Shown: in pieces, positions 1 through 7,139 of the stretch | Numbering within the stretch: position 1 is the stretch's first letter | Layout of the letters: every line of letters begins with the position of its first letter | From: a virus | Taxonomy: Duplodnaviria; Caudoviricetes | Reading direction: 5' to 3' (one strand) | IMG/VR virus record: IMGVR_UViG_3300037467_000821 | Coordinates: 3,162-67,161 of that record | Length of the DNA stretch: 64,000 nt | Translations under genes and position numbers: made by a program | Notes under the pieces: model-generated | The model's database searches: none | What the model was told of the DNA's origin: nothing | Seen by the model: the letters and a program-made list of their open reading frames with translations, nothing else

Positions 1-28
1 TACCGCAAGTAACCGAGAGGAGGCGAAA

Positions 29-202
29 GTGTTCGATCTGGAAGTGTTCCACCGACTCGCGTGGGAAGACTGGTTTTCCGCTTCGGAGGAGGCGAAGAAG
101 ACGCCGCAGGGCTGGTATCACCTGGACAACAGGTGCGACGAGTGCTCCTGGATCGGCACCTTCGCCCTTCGCGGCCTCATCCGCGCCGACGCGGTAAGGT
201 AG
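29..202 (+). CDS. hypothetical protein (57 aa)
   Basis: Hand-translated; GAGGAGG SD at 17-23, GTG start, contains CxxC. Confidence 0.6.
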   Translation: MFDLEVFHRLAWEDWFSASEEAKKTPQGWYHLDNRCDECSWIGTFALRGLIRADAVR

Positions 203-209
203 GAGGGCC

Positions 210-356
210 GTGTTTGAAGCAGAGTTCCACTTCAATACCAGCCAGTCCTTCACGAAGGACTTGGTGGTGATCGCTGTCAGCCTGGCTGTGGTCTACGGGG
301 CCGTCAAGCTGTGGCTGCACAAGAGCAAGGGAAAGGCCAGCGATGGTCGACGATGA
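210..356 (+). CDS. small membrane protein (48 aa)
   Basis: Hand-translated; GGAGGG SD, one hydrophobic segment. Confidence 0.55.
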   Translation: MFEAEFHFNTSQSFTKDLVVIAVSLAVVYGAVKLWLHKSKGKASDGRR

Positions 357-573
357 GAGACAGCCCGAGGCTCCAGACGGTTCCTTCGGCGGTTTCCTGT
401 TCCTGCTCATCATCGTGCTGACAGTAATGATCGGAGTCGCGCAGTTGATCATTGCCAAGCAGTACGCCATTCTGGGGTTCGCGACGACCATCATCGCGGG
501 CCTCTGCACGGCATTCCTCGTCCGGGCGTCGCGAAGCCCCCGGGCGGGAGAGAACACGGAGGACAAGAAATGA
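343..573 (+). CDS. membrane protein (76 aa, 2 TM)
   Basis: Two hydrophobic helices; overlaps next start (ATGA). Confidence 0.7.
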   Translation: MVDDERQPEAPDGSFGGFLFLLIIVLTVMIGVAQLIIAKQYAILGFATTIIAGLCTAFLVRASRSPRAGENTEDKK

Positions 574-872
574 GCGAGTTCAAGACGAAGTTCGACGGCC
601 GTCAGCAGGGCCACCGTTTCAAGATGCTGCAGCTGATCCACGGGCTCTCGCTGGAGATCAACACCGGCATCAAGGTCAGCAGCCGGGGCTCGATCTTGCA
701 GCACGCCAAGCAGATCGGCTGGATCTCGGAGGACATCCGCTTCAAGAAGGTCGCGCTCGGTCGGCTCGTGGAAGACGCCAAGCAGGGCTTCGGGTACGTG
801 CCGACCGAGCGCATCAAGCAGGCCATCCGCAAGCCGCGCAAGGCCTCGAAGAAGTCGAAGAAGCTGGTCTAG
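570..872 (+). CDS. hypothetical basic protein (100 aa)
   Basis: High-GC3 codon pattern, coupled start/stop. Confidence 0.8.
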   Translation: MSEFKTKFDGRQQGHRFKMLQLIHGLSLEINTGIKVSSRGSILQHAKQIGWISEDIRFKKVALGRLVEDAKQGFGYVPTERIKQAIRKPRKASKKSKKLV

Positions 873-1376
873 ATGGCCTTCTCGCACCCGTTCTGTGGCG
901 GGAAACACGAGCAGGTCTCCGAGGCTCGCCTTTGCGAGCAGCAGGGTGCGCCGGGCGGGATGAGCCTTCCCCGCCGGGTCGGAGACGTCGCCATCAGAGA
1001 GTCCAACAACGCCTACGAGCGCCAGTCCGGCGCTCTGGCCGACGAGGGTTTCTACAAGGTCGGCACCACCTACTTCAAGGTGCAGAAGGCATTGCACGGC
1101 TCCGGGCGTTTGTACGCCAAGGAGCTCGTGCAGCTGCCAGAGAAGGACGAGAGCGGCAAGCTGATCTCCAAGGGTCACTGGGAGATGGCGCGGGGTGTCG
1201 TCTACCGGCTGCGCAAGGAGGACATGCTCACCGGCGAGGAGGCCGCGAAGTTCGGCCAGCTGTACGGTATCTGTGTGTACTGCTGGTCCGAGCTGACGGA
1301 CGAGCGCAGCATCGCTGTCGGCTACGGCCCCACCTGCGCCGAGAATCGTGGCCTTCCGTGGGGAGAGACAGCATGA
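873..1376 (+). CDS. DUF6011-like zinc-binding protein
   Basis: C-terminal GICVYCWSELTDERSIAVGYGPTCA matches the CxxC..LTDxxS...GxGPxC pattern. Confidence 0.8.
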   Translation: MAFSHPFCGGKHEQVSEARLCEQQGAPGGMSLPRRVGDVAIRESNNAYERQSGALADEGFYKVGTTYFKVQKALHGSGRLYAKELVQLPEKDESGKLISKGHWEMARGVVYRLRKEDMLTGEEAAKFGQLYGICVYCWSELTDERSIAVGYGPTCAENRGLPWGETA

Positions 1377-1552
1377 GGACGCCAAGCAAGGCGATCGCCG
1401 AGTTCATGCGTCGGAATGACCAGAGCGTCGAGCCTCCGAGGAAGTCGTGGTTCGTGAACACGAACCCGGATGGCAGCGAGGTGTGGGCCGACGAGGAGTC
1501 GATCCTGACGGTCTGGCCGAACGGAAGCATGACCGAGACCCCGAAGGGGTAG
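1373..1552 (+). CDS. hypothetical protein (59 aa)
   Basis: ATGA overlap with upstream gene; C-terminal part of track ORF 452..1552. Confidence 0.6.
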   Translation: MRTPSKAIAEFMRRNDQSVEPPRKSWFVNTNPDGSEVWADEESILTVWPNGSMTETPKG

Positions 1553-1554
1553 GC

Positions 1555-1758
1555 ATGGACGCCGCCACCGCATTGCACATCGCCGAGGAGGCGATCGCCG
1601 CCATGGAGGTGGCGGACAAGATCCCGACGTCAGCGAACGGTCGGGATGGAATGTGGGAAGCGCGCTTGCTCTTGTCGAGGCTGATCAATGGCACCGTCAA
1701 GGGCAAGCGCATCTCCGAAATGATCGACAAGACACTCGGTGAACTCAACGAGGGGTAG
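1555..1758 (+). CDS. hypothetical protein (67 aa)
   Basis: Fits gene packing; ATG at 1555. Confidence 0.6.
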   Translation: MDAATALHIAEEAIAAMEVADKIPTSANGRDGMWEARLLLSRLINGTVKGKRISEMIDKTLGELNEG

Positions 1759-1762
1759 AAAG

Positions 1763-1984
1763 TTGAAGAGGGTGGGATTGGCCGTCGGCGCGGGAGCAAT
1801 GCTCCTGGCGTTGACGGCATGCAACGTCCGCGAGGGCGAGCAGTGCAACAACCCGGGCGAGATCTCGCAGCAGGACGGCGTGGCGTACAAGTGCGTCGAG
1901 TCGCCCGGCGAGTTCCGCGAGAACGCCTTCGGGAAGAAGTTCCCGATCTCCCGCTGGAGGAAGATGGAGGTGGCGCCGCAGTGA
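1763..1984 (+). CDS. small lipoprotein
   Basis: Signal peptide ending in lipobox LTAC; two further Cys. Confidence 0.7.
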   Translation: MKRVGLAVGAGAMLLALTACNVREGEQCNNPGEISQQDGVAYKCVESPGEFRENAFGKKFPISRWRKMEVAPQ

Positions 1985-2163
1985 AGAGGTTCGTCGCCAC
2001 TGTTCTCGCAGCGTCGGCACTCCTTTTGACCGGCTGTGACAAGCCGGACGAGAAGTGCAAGCCGGAGGAAGAAGGCAAGTCCAAGTTCTACGACACCGGG
2101 CACATCATCACCTGCAAGAACGGCAAGTGGGTGCTGGAGAATGGCATCGGGTTCCAGCGCTAA
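1981..2163 (+). CDS. small lipoprotein
   Basis: MKRFVATVLAASALLLTGC lipobox; two further Cys. Confidence 0.75.
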   Translation: MKRFVATVLAASALLLTGCDKPDEKCKPEEEGKSKFYDTGHIITCKNGKWVLENGIGFQR

Positions 2164-2254
2164 CGAGAAGTGGTCTTTCTGGCACCACTTCTGGCGCACC
2201 TACACGATCACGCTGTTCATCGTGATCGTCACATACATCATCTGGCAAAGATGA
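2141..2254 (+). CDS. small membrane protein (37 aa)
   Basis: Hydrophobic TITLFIVIVTYIIW segment; overlaps next gene. Confidence 0.45.
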   Translation: MASGSSANEKWSFWHHFWRTYTITLFIVIVTYIIWQR

Positions 2255-2265
2255 GGAGTCGCGAA

Positions 2266-3030
2266 ATGAAGCACCCCATTTCGGTGGCTGAGCTGTTGGA
2301 GCTCCACCACCTCGGCGAGCTGTACGTCAAGTGGGCCACGAACCCGGTCGCCATGTCCGAGGAGGACGTGGAGGAGCTGCAGGAGATCTCGGATCGGTAC
2401 TCGATCAACGGGACCTCCGCGCTCTTCTCCTTCCAGAAGAAGTGGCAGCAGGAATTCGGGCTCACCGCCGCGAACACGTTCTCCATCCACGAGGTCGCCA
2501 AGGAGGTTCTGGCGGTCGCGGAGGCGCAGAAGGAGATCCGGTACGAGGAGAAGCTCATCACGAACTCCGTCGAGGACACCGGCGTTCTCGAGCTGCCCGA
2601 GTTCGGCGGCGAAGCGCCGAAGGAGTTCCGGCAGGCCCACGAGACCATGCAGGAGGTTCTCCGCGAGGAGGAGAGGCTCATGCAGGAAGAGGACGACCTC
2701 TACGAAGAGTACGAGAAGCCGACCGGCGCGGAGATGGACGAGGCGCTCCGCGAGCAGCTGCACGAGGACAATGAGGTCGACCGCGAGGCCGAGGCGCAGT
2801 ACCGCGCGGACCAGCTCCGGGACGCCCTGCTGGAGAACCAGCTCGAGACCGAGCGCGAGATCGAGATCCTCAAGCAGATCTCCAACGTCGACGAGCTGAC
2901 GCCTACGGAAAACGCCCGGCTCGACGAGCTCGTCACCAAGAAGGTGTCGGCGATGAACTCCGGCACCCACAGGATCCCGACCGGCGTGCTGGCCCAGGCC
3001 GTCGGCGGTAGTGAGAAGGGAAGCAAGTGA
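2266..3030 (+). CDS. highly acidic hypothetical protein (254 aa)
   Basis: GAGGAG SD 7 nt before ATG 2266; Glu/Asp-rich helical sequence. Confidence 0.8.
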   Translation: MKHPISVAELLELHHLGELYVKWATNPVAMSEEDVEELQEISDRYSINGTSALFSFQKKWQQEFGLTAANTFSIHEVAKEVLAVAEAQKEIRYEEKLITNSVEDTGVLELPEFGGEAPKEFRQAHETMQEVLREEERLMQEEDDLYEEYEKPTGAEMDEALREQLHEDNEVDREAEAQYRADQLRDALLENQLETEREIEILKQISNVDELTPTENARLDELVTKKVSAMNSGTHRIPTGVLAQAVGGSEKGSK

Positions 3031-3311
3031 ACAAGAGGATCATCGTGGCCCTGGCAGCCGTCCTCGGGTTCGTGCTGCTGAGCGCGGAGGGCTGCGCGCA
3101 GAAGCGGATCGGCATCGTCAACGACGTTGTCGGCCCGCCGCTCTCGAACACTCTCGGCTGCAACGCCAACAAGGGCGGCAACTGGAGCATCAGCGTCGAC
3201 CCCGACGGCCACGAGGGTGAGTCCATCGACGAGCGGGCGAAGTACCGGCAGCACTTCTGCGTGACCGAGCCCCAGGCCAAGAAGTACAAGTCGGGGAGCG
3301 TGTACCCGTGA
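3027..3311 (+). CDS. lipoprotein (94 aa)
   Basis: Signal peptide ending AEGC; two further Cys. Confidence 0.7.
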   Translation: MNKRIIVALAAVLGFVLLSAEGCAQKRIGIVNDVVGPPLSNTLGCNANKGGNWSISVDPDGHEGESIDERAKYRQHFCVTEPQAKKYKSGSVYP

Positions 3312-3445
3312 AGAAGGGCATCATCGCCACCTGCGCTATCGTGGGCCTCTTCGTGGCTATGGAGTTCATCGCTCCGGGCCACTGGAGCTTCTTCACGACG
3401 TACGTCGCGAGCACTTGGGGCGCGATCGTGAGGCGCTGGAGCTAG
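3308..3445 (+). CDS. small membrane protein (45 aa)
   Basis: Hand-translated, GTGA overlap, hydrophobic N-terminal half. Confidence 0.55.
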   Translation: MKKGIIATCAIVGLFVAMEFIAPGHWSFFTTYVASTWGAIVRRWS

Positions 3446-3517
3446 CAAGGGAGTCCCGGCGTGCGCTCGCAGATCGGCGCCGGGACGCGAGTAAATTAAT
3501 TCGCAGGAGGTGATCAT

Positions 3518-3535
3518 ATGGCCCTGTCGGCCTAA
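3518..3535 (+). CDS. 5-codon minigene MALSA with a perfect Shine-Dalgarno
   Basis: AGGAGGTGATC (3505-3515) then ATG GCC CTG TCG GCC TAA. Confidence 0.4.
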   Translation: MALSA

Positions 3536-3624
3536 ACGGGCTACGCCCGATGCCGAAGGTCAAGTTTGGGTCTAGCTCGCCAGGGTTAACGACATCCCCC
3601 GAGCCGCCCTGGCGAGCGGCCAAA

Positions 3625-3696
3625 GCCCCTATGGTGTAATGGATGCACACCGGTGTCTTCGATCCGGAGGAGAGGGTTCGAATCCCTACAGGGGCA
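3625..3696 (+). tRNA. atypical tRNA / tRNA-like element, most resembling tRNA-Arg(TCG), enlarged anticodon arm
   Basis: Acceptor GCCCCT/AGGGGC, D stem GTGT/GCAC, T arm GAGGG-TTCGAAT-CCCTA; anticodon arm CCGG-TGT-CTTCGAT-CCGG; no encoded CCA. Confidence 0.6.
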
Positions 3697-3730
3697 CGCA
3701 AGGTCAAGGAACTCCGCCCAGGCGGAGTGA

Positions 3731-3809
3731 GGAGCCATAGTGTAAAGGCAGCACGCCGGGTGCATTGAGCGCCTTAACGGTAGAGCGGGTTCGAATCCCG
3801 TTGGCTCCG
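3731..3809 (+). tRNA. atypical tRNA-like element (Asp/Glu-type body) with a 25-nt aberrant anticodon arm
   Basis: Perfect acceptor GGAGCCA/TGGCTCC, G73, D stem GTGT/GCAC, T arm GCGGG-TTCGAAT-CCCGT; anticodon unassignable (TTG possible); no CCA. Confidence 0.65.
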
Positions 3810-3893
3810 CAAGCAGCCCGGGTGACAAGTGATGATCCTTCGGGACGTGAAGACCTTGCACCCGGGCTGCCCCCATAGAGGAGGAGAGCAGCA

Positions 3894-4277
3894 ATGACCA
3901 TCATCCAGCAGGTCCGCGACGTCCTGGAGGCCAACGCGGGTACGGCCATGACGACGGCCGAGATCGCGGCGAACCTCGACGGGATCACCACCGCGCAGGT
4001 CAGCACCGCGCTGTGGCGGCTCCGTACCGAGGAGGACCTCATCAAGCAGGTCCGCACCGGCGTGCACAAGTACCTCGGTGCGAGCGAGCGCATGCCGAAG
4101 CTGGCCGCGACGATCGAGAAGACCAAGGACGTCTTCGCGGGCTCCGTCTCGGACGCCATCGCGGAGGACGAGACGGCCGACCACAAGTTCTACACCCAGG
4201 TCGGACGCGCCGCGAACGGCGATCCGATCCTCACCAACGACGCGACCGGTCAGGTCTACAGGGCGACCCCGGTTTAG
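3894..4277 (+). CDS. winged helix-turn-helix DNA-binding protein
   Basis: MTTAEIAANLDGITTAQVSTALWRL HTH pattern; strong SD. Confidence 0.75.
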   Translation: MTIIQQVRDVLEANAGTAMTTAEIAANLDGITTAQVSTALWRLRTEEDLIKQVRTGVHKYLGASERMPKLAATIEKTKDVFAGSVSDAIAEDETADHKFYTQVGRAANGDPILTNDATGQVYRATPV

Positions 4278-4292
4278 ACCCTCCCTGCGGGA

Positions 4293-4303
4293 TAGGGTAG
4301 GGT
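4293..4303 (+). promoter_or_regulatory. TAGGG-TARRNT promoter-like motif
   Basis: TAGGGTAGGGT in intergenic gap; motif recurs at 10766, 15355, 36189, 43777, 63566. Confidence 0.55.
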
Positions 4304-4326
4304 AGTACCTGAGTCGCGGCTACGGT

Positions 4327-5343
4327 TTGGAGGAACCGGTGGCAGAAGAGAAATTGCTACGTCGCATTCGCGCTCTCCTGGAGAAGGCGAACGACGAGCG
4401 AAACCACGAAGGCGAGCGCGAGGCAGCATTCGCGCAGGCCCAGAAGCTGATGGACGAGCACCGCATCGAAATGGCGATGCTCGACTACGGCAAGGGCACA
4501 CCCACCCAGCTCCCGATCGAGTACGCCATCAAGCTTCCGCCCTCGGTGTTCTCGGACAAGAAATACTCCATGCTGTACTACATCGCCGAGCACTTCGGCG
4601 TCAAGTGCGTGTGGGATGGGCGCACGGCAGAACTGATCGGCATGCAGAGCTCCATCGAGATGATGGAGCTGGTCTACACCCTGGCGATCATGGAGTTCGA
4701 GACCAAGATCGAGCCGGTCTGGAGCAAGGAGAAGTCGTTCGACGCGAACGTCTTCGCATTGCACGGGGCCGGTCGCAAGTGGGTCGACATCGCACACACC
4801 GCCAACCGGCACGGCGGCAACCCGCGAACGGGTCGGCCGGGCTCCACGACCGACGGCTCGTGGCTCAAGGCGGCTTACCGCCGGGAGTGTGCGCGCCTTG
4901 GTGTTGAGCCGCGTCGTCAGACGCAGCGGCACGAGGCGTACCAGGAGAGCTTTGCGAGTAGCTTCCTGAGCACGATCATCCAGCGCCTGCACAAGATGCG
5001 GAAGGATGCCGACGAAGCCCGTGGGGGTTCGGTCGACCATCTTCCGGCAATCATGGGCGAAAAGGAGAAGGTCAACCAGGCCTTCTGGAAGAAGTATCCG
5101 CACATGCACCCGGACGCCATCAAGAAGCGCGCCGAGGAGTACAACCGAGCTCGGGAGGCTCGGTTGGCCGCCATGACGGACGAGGAGCGGGCCAGGGCCG
5201 AGAAGGAAGCCAACAGGCCGCTCAAGATCTCGCGTAGGACCACGTACGACGAGCACGGCTGGCAGGCCGGAAACCAGGCCGCGAAGCAGGTCGACCTCCT
5301 CGGCGGGAAGAACCGTGTCGCGAACCAGAAGGAGCTGAGATGA
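4327..5343 (+). CDS. DUF2786 domain protein
   Basis: N-terminal KLLRRIRALLEKA...EREAAFAQAQKLMDEHRIE. Confidence 0.8.
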   Translation: MEEPVAEEKLLRRIRALLEKANDERNHEGEREAAFAQAQKLMDEHRIEMAMLDYGKGTPTQLPIEYAIKLPPSVFSDKKYSMLYYIAEHFGVKCVWDGRTAELIGMQSSIEMMELVYTLAIMEFETKIEPVWSKEKSFDANVFALHGAGRKWVDIAHTANRHGGNPRTGRPGSTTDGSWLKAAYRRECARLGVEPRRQTQRHEAYQESFASSFLSTIIQRLHKMRKDADEARGGSVDHLPAIMGEKEKVNQAFWKKYPHMHPDAIKKRAEEYNRAREARLAAMTDEERARAEKEANRPLKISRRTTYDEHGWQAGNQAAKQVDLLGGKNRVANQKELR

Positions 5344-5558
5344 CCAAGCCTTACAAAGAAACGCTGCCGCATTCCTTCCCGAACGCTGTCTCCGTTCCGG
5401 GGGATCGGCTCGCCGTCTACGTGGCAAAGCTGATCACGCCGAACTCGCGGTTCCCGAACGGCAGCTCGTTCGCGGTGACCGTGGACAACCAGGAGGGGTA
5501 CTGCTGGCTCTGGATGTCGGATGCCAGCTTCGAGCGCGTGAAGGAGTTGGACTTGTGA
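5340..5558 (+). CDS. hypothetical protein (72 aa)
   Basis: ATGA coupling. Confidence 0.7.
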   Translation: MTKPYKETLPHSFPNAVSVPGDRLAVYVAKLITPNSRFPNGSSFAVTVDNQEGYCWLWMSDASFERVKELDL

Positions 5559-5689
5559 TGTCTCAGCAGAGCCAGCGCGACAACTCCAGAGCGAACTGGT
5601 TGGCGGTCATCGCAGGTCTCCTGGCGATGTTCCTGTTGTTCCTGATCTACCTCGCCCGCGTTCTTTCTCAGAATGGACTTCTCGGCTAG
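5558..5689 (+). CDS. small membrane protein (43 aa)
   Basis: Hand-translated; TGATG coupling, one TM. Confidence 0.55.
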   Translation: MSQQSQRDNSRANWLAVIAGLLAMFLLFLIYLARVLSQNGLLG

Positions 5690-5778
5690 TGACTGTGTTG
5701 CGGGTGGCTACGGCCACACTCTCGTTTCTCGTCTTCGTTACGACGGGCGTGGCCTGGTGGCTCGGAATAGGAGGTTGA
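5689..5778 (+). CDS. small membrane peptide (29 aa)
   Basis: Hand-translated; fills gap, hydrophobic. Confidence 0.4.
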   Translation: MTVLRVATATLSFLVFVTTGVAWWLGIGG

Positions 5779-5779
5779 A

Positions 5780-6088
5780 ATGAACGTGTACGACCACCCG
5801 GAGAAGTTCGGGTTGCAGATGATCGGTATGGTGGACAAGTCGGACGGCAACTACCAGTACGACATGTTCGTCGTCTGGAAGAACGGTCGTCGGCTCTGCT
5901 ACGGCACCGATGAAGGCTGCTCCTGTCCGACGAACTTCGAAGGCCAGGGGGTCAACGACCTGACGCTGGCTCCGAAGGCTGACGTCATCAAGGCGCTCAA
6001 GGAATGGGCGGCCGAGGACGCGACCCGCGAGAGGGAAGCCCTCGACGCAGCGGTCGTGGAGCTCTGCTTGAAGATCCGCGCAGCCTGA
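5780..6088 (+). CDS. hypothetical protein (102 aa)
   Basis: GGAGG SD; GCSCP motif. Confidence 0.75.
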   Translation: MNVYDHPEKFGLQMIGMVDKSDGNYQYDMFVVWKNGRRLCYGTDEGCSCPTNFEGQGVNDLTLAPKADVIKALKEWAAEDATREREALDAAVVELCLKIRAA

Positions 6089-6513
6089 TGTACCGGCAGG
6101 CGGTGCTACGGGAGCTCTGGGACGAGCTCGACTCCGTCATCTACCGCCTGATGACGGATGGCTGGGAGAAAGGGCCGATGTCAGCGGCCGACATGAAAGC
6201 ATGGGGAGAGCAGCGAGGCCAGGCCCAAGGCCTGGTCTTCGCGATCGCCATGGTGTATAACATGTCCGAGCCCAACACGGAGTGGGTACGGCAAGAGGCA
6301 ATGCGGCGCTGGGAGGCCAGCCTTGGAGAGCAGACCCCTATCAGCTGTCGAGAGATCCGTCTTGTACTTCGCGACCGTGGCTGGCGTCATCATGATGATC
6401 GCATTCGTGGTGACCGGGAAGTGGTGGGCTCTCGCAATCGGAGCCGCATTCGGAGCGCTCGGGTACGGCTTGGAACGGTTCGTCGAGTCGCGGGAGGAAA
6501 AGGAGAGCAATGA
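6088..6513 (+). CDS. hypothetical protein (3' part overlaps next gene)
   Basis: TGATG coupling at 6088; last ~60 codons look non-native. Confidence 0.55.
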   Translation: MYRQAVLRELWDELDSVIYRLMTDGWEKGPMSAADMKAWGEQRGQAQGLVFAIAMVYNMSEPNTEWVRQEAMRRWEASLGEQTPISCREIRLVLRDRGWRHHDDRIRGDREVVGSRNRSRIRSARVRLGTVRRVAGGKGEQ

Positions 6514-6523
6514 GCAGCCGTGA
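6323..6523 (+). CDS. membrane protein (66 aa, 2 TM)
   Basis: Two hydrophobic segments. Confidence 0.55.
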   Translation: MESRPLSAVERSVLYFATVAGVIMMIAFVVTGKWWALAIGAAFGALGYGLERFVESREEKESNEQP

Positions 6524-7139
6524 CAAGGCACTGGCCCACATGCGGCGCCAGTACAGCAAGACCGCCACCCAGGCGCAGTTCCACGGCTGGGAGGTCGGAT
6601 ACGATCTCAAGATGGAGTACGAGGGTTCCAACGAGGACCGCCTGGAGCTGACCATCACACGCGGCCAGGAGAAGATCACGATTTGGTGGCAGGCAGGACA
6701 GCTCCGGGAAGCGCCGGAGTACACGTTCGCTGGAGCCGTCACCAAGCTCCGCAACCACTCCGCCGTGCTGCAGCAGATGGAGCAGAAGCCGGACCCGGCC
6801 CGAGCCAAGAAGCGCATGGAGCGCGCGATGGCGAAGACCGGCGAGAGGTTCGATCTGGTGGAGGTCATCCGCGACCTACCGTGGGAGCCGGACGAGCTCG
6901 ATGACAAGGCTCTGCTCCGGATGTGCTACGGGAAAACGCTGACTTGGCGCAACTCGATCACGGGCGGCGTCGAGATCGACGTCGTCAAGGCCGACCTGGA
7001 GAATCCGAGGTCCGGGCCGAACTGGAACAAGATCAACTACAAGGTCTCGCACTCCTCGGCGGGGAGGCGCGTGATCCAGTTCGTCGGCCACAGCGGTTAC
7101 CGCGCGGTGGGCGTGGACGCGTTGCTGCGGGTGGGATGA
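6510..7139 (+). CDS. hypothetical protein (209 aa)
   Basis: High-GC3 codon usage, SD GGAG. Confidence 0.8.
   Translation: MSSRDKALAHMRRQYSKTATQAQFHGWEVGYDLKMEYEGSNEDRLELTITRGQEKITIWWQAGQLREAPEYTFAGAVTKLRNHSAVLQQMEQKPDPARAKKRMERAMAKTGERFDLVEVIRDLPWEPDELDDKALLRMCYGKTLTWRNSITGGVEIDVVKADLENPRSGPNWNKINYKVSHSSAGRRVIQFVGHSGYRAVGVDALLRVG

Larger units (their letters stand above)
3453..3870 (+). ncRNA. structured non-coding RNA island (multiple perfect stems plus two tRNA-like modules)
   Basis: Stems 3453-3461/3478-3486, 3529-3537/3564-3572, 3575-3585/3607-3617, 3711-3718/3721-3728, 3813-3824/3859-3870; no credible long ORF. Confidence 0.65.

Noticed and set aside
3453-3809. tmRNA (because of the ALSA-stop and tRNA-like domain) or YrlA Y RNA
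   Set aside because: No G3-U70 alanine acceptor or tmRNA pseudoknot layout; the ORF has its own SD/ATG; no Ro/Rsr gene in the window and the acceptor stems are not closed as in YrlA
3826-3858. Hammerhead ribozyme or box C/D k-turn (UGAUGA-stem-GUGAA)
   Set aside because: Lacks C3, the GAAA and NUH core of hammerheads; k-turn flanking pairs do not form cleanly. Kept only as part of the RNA island
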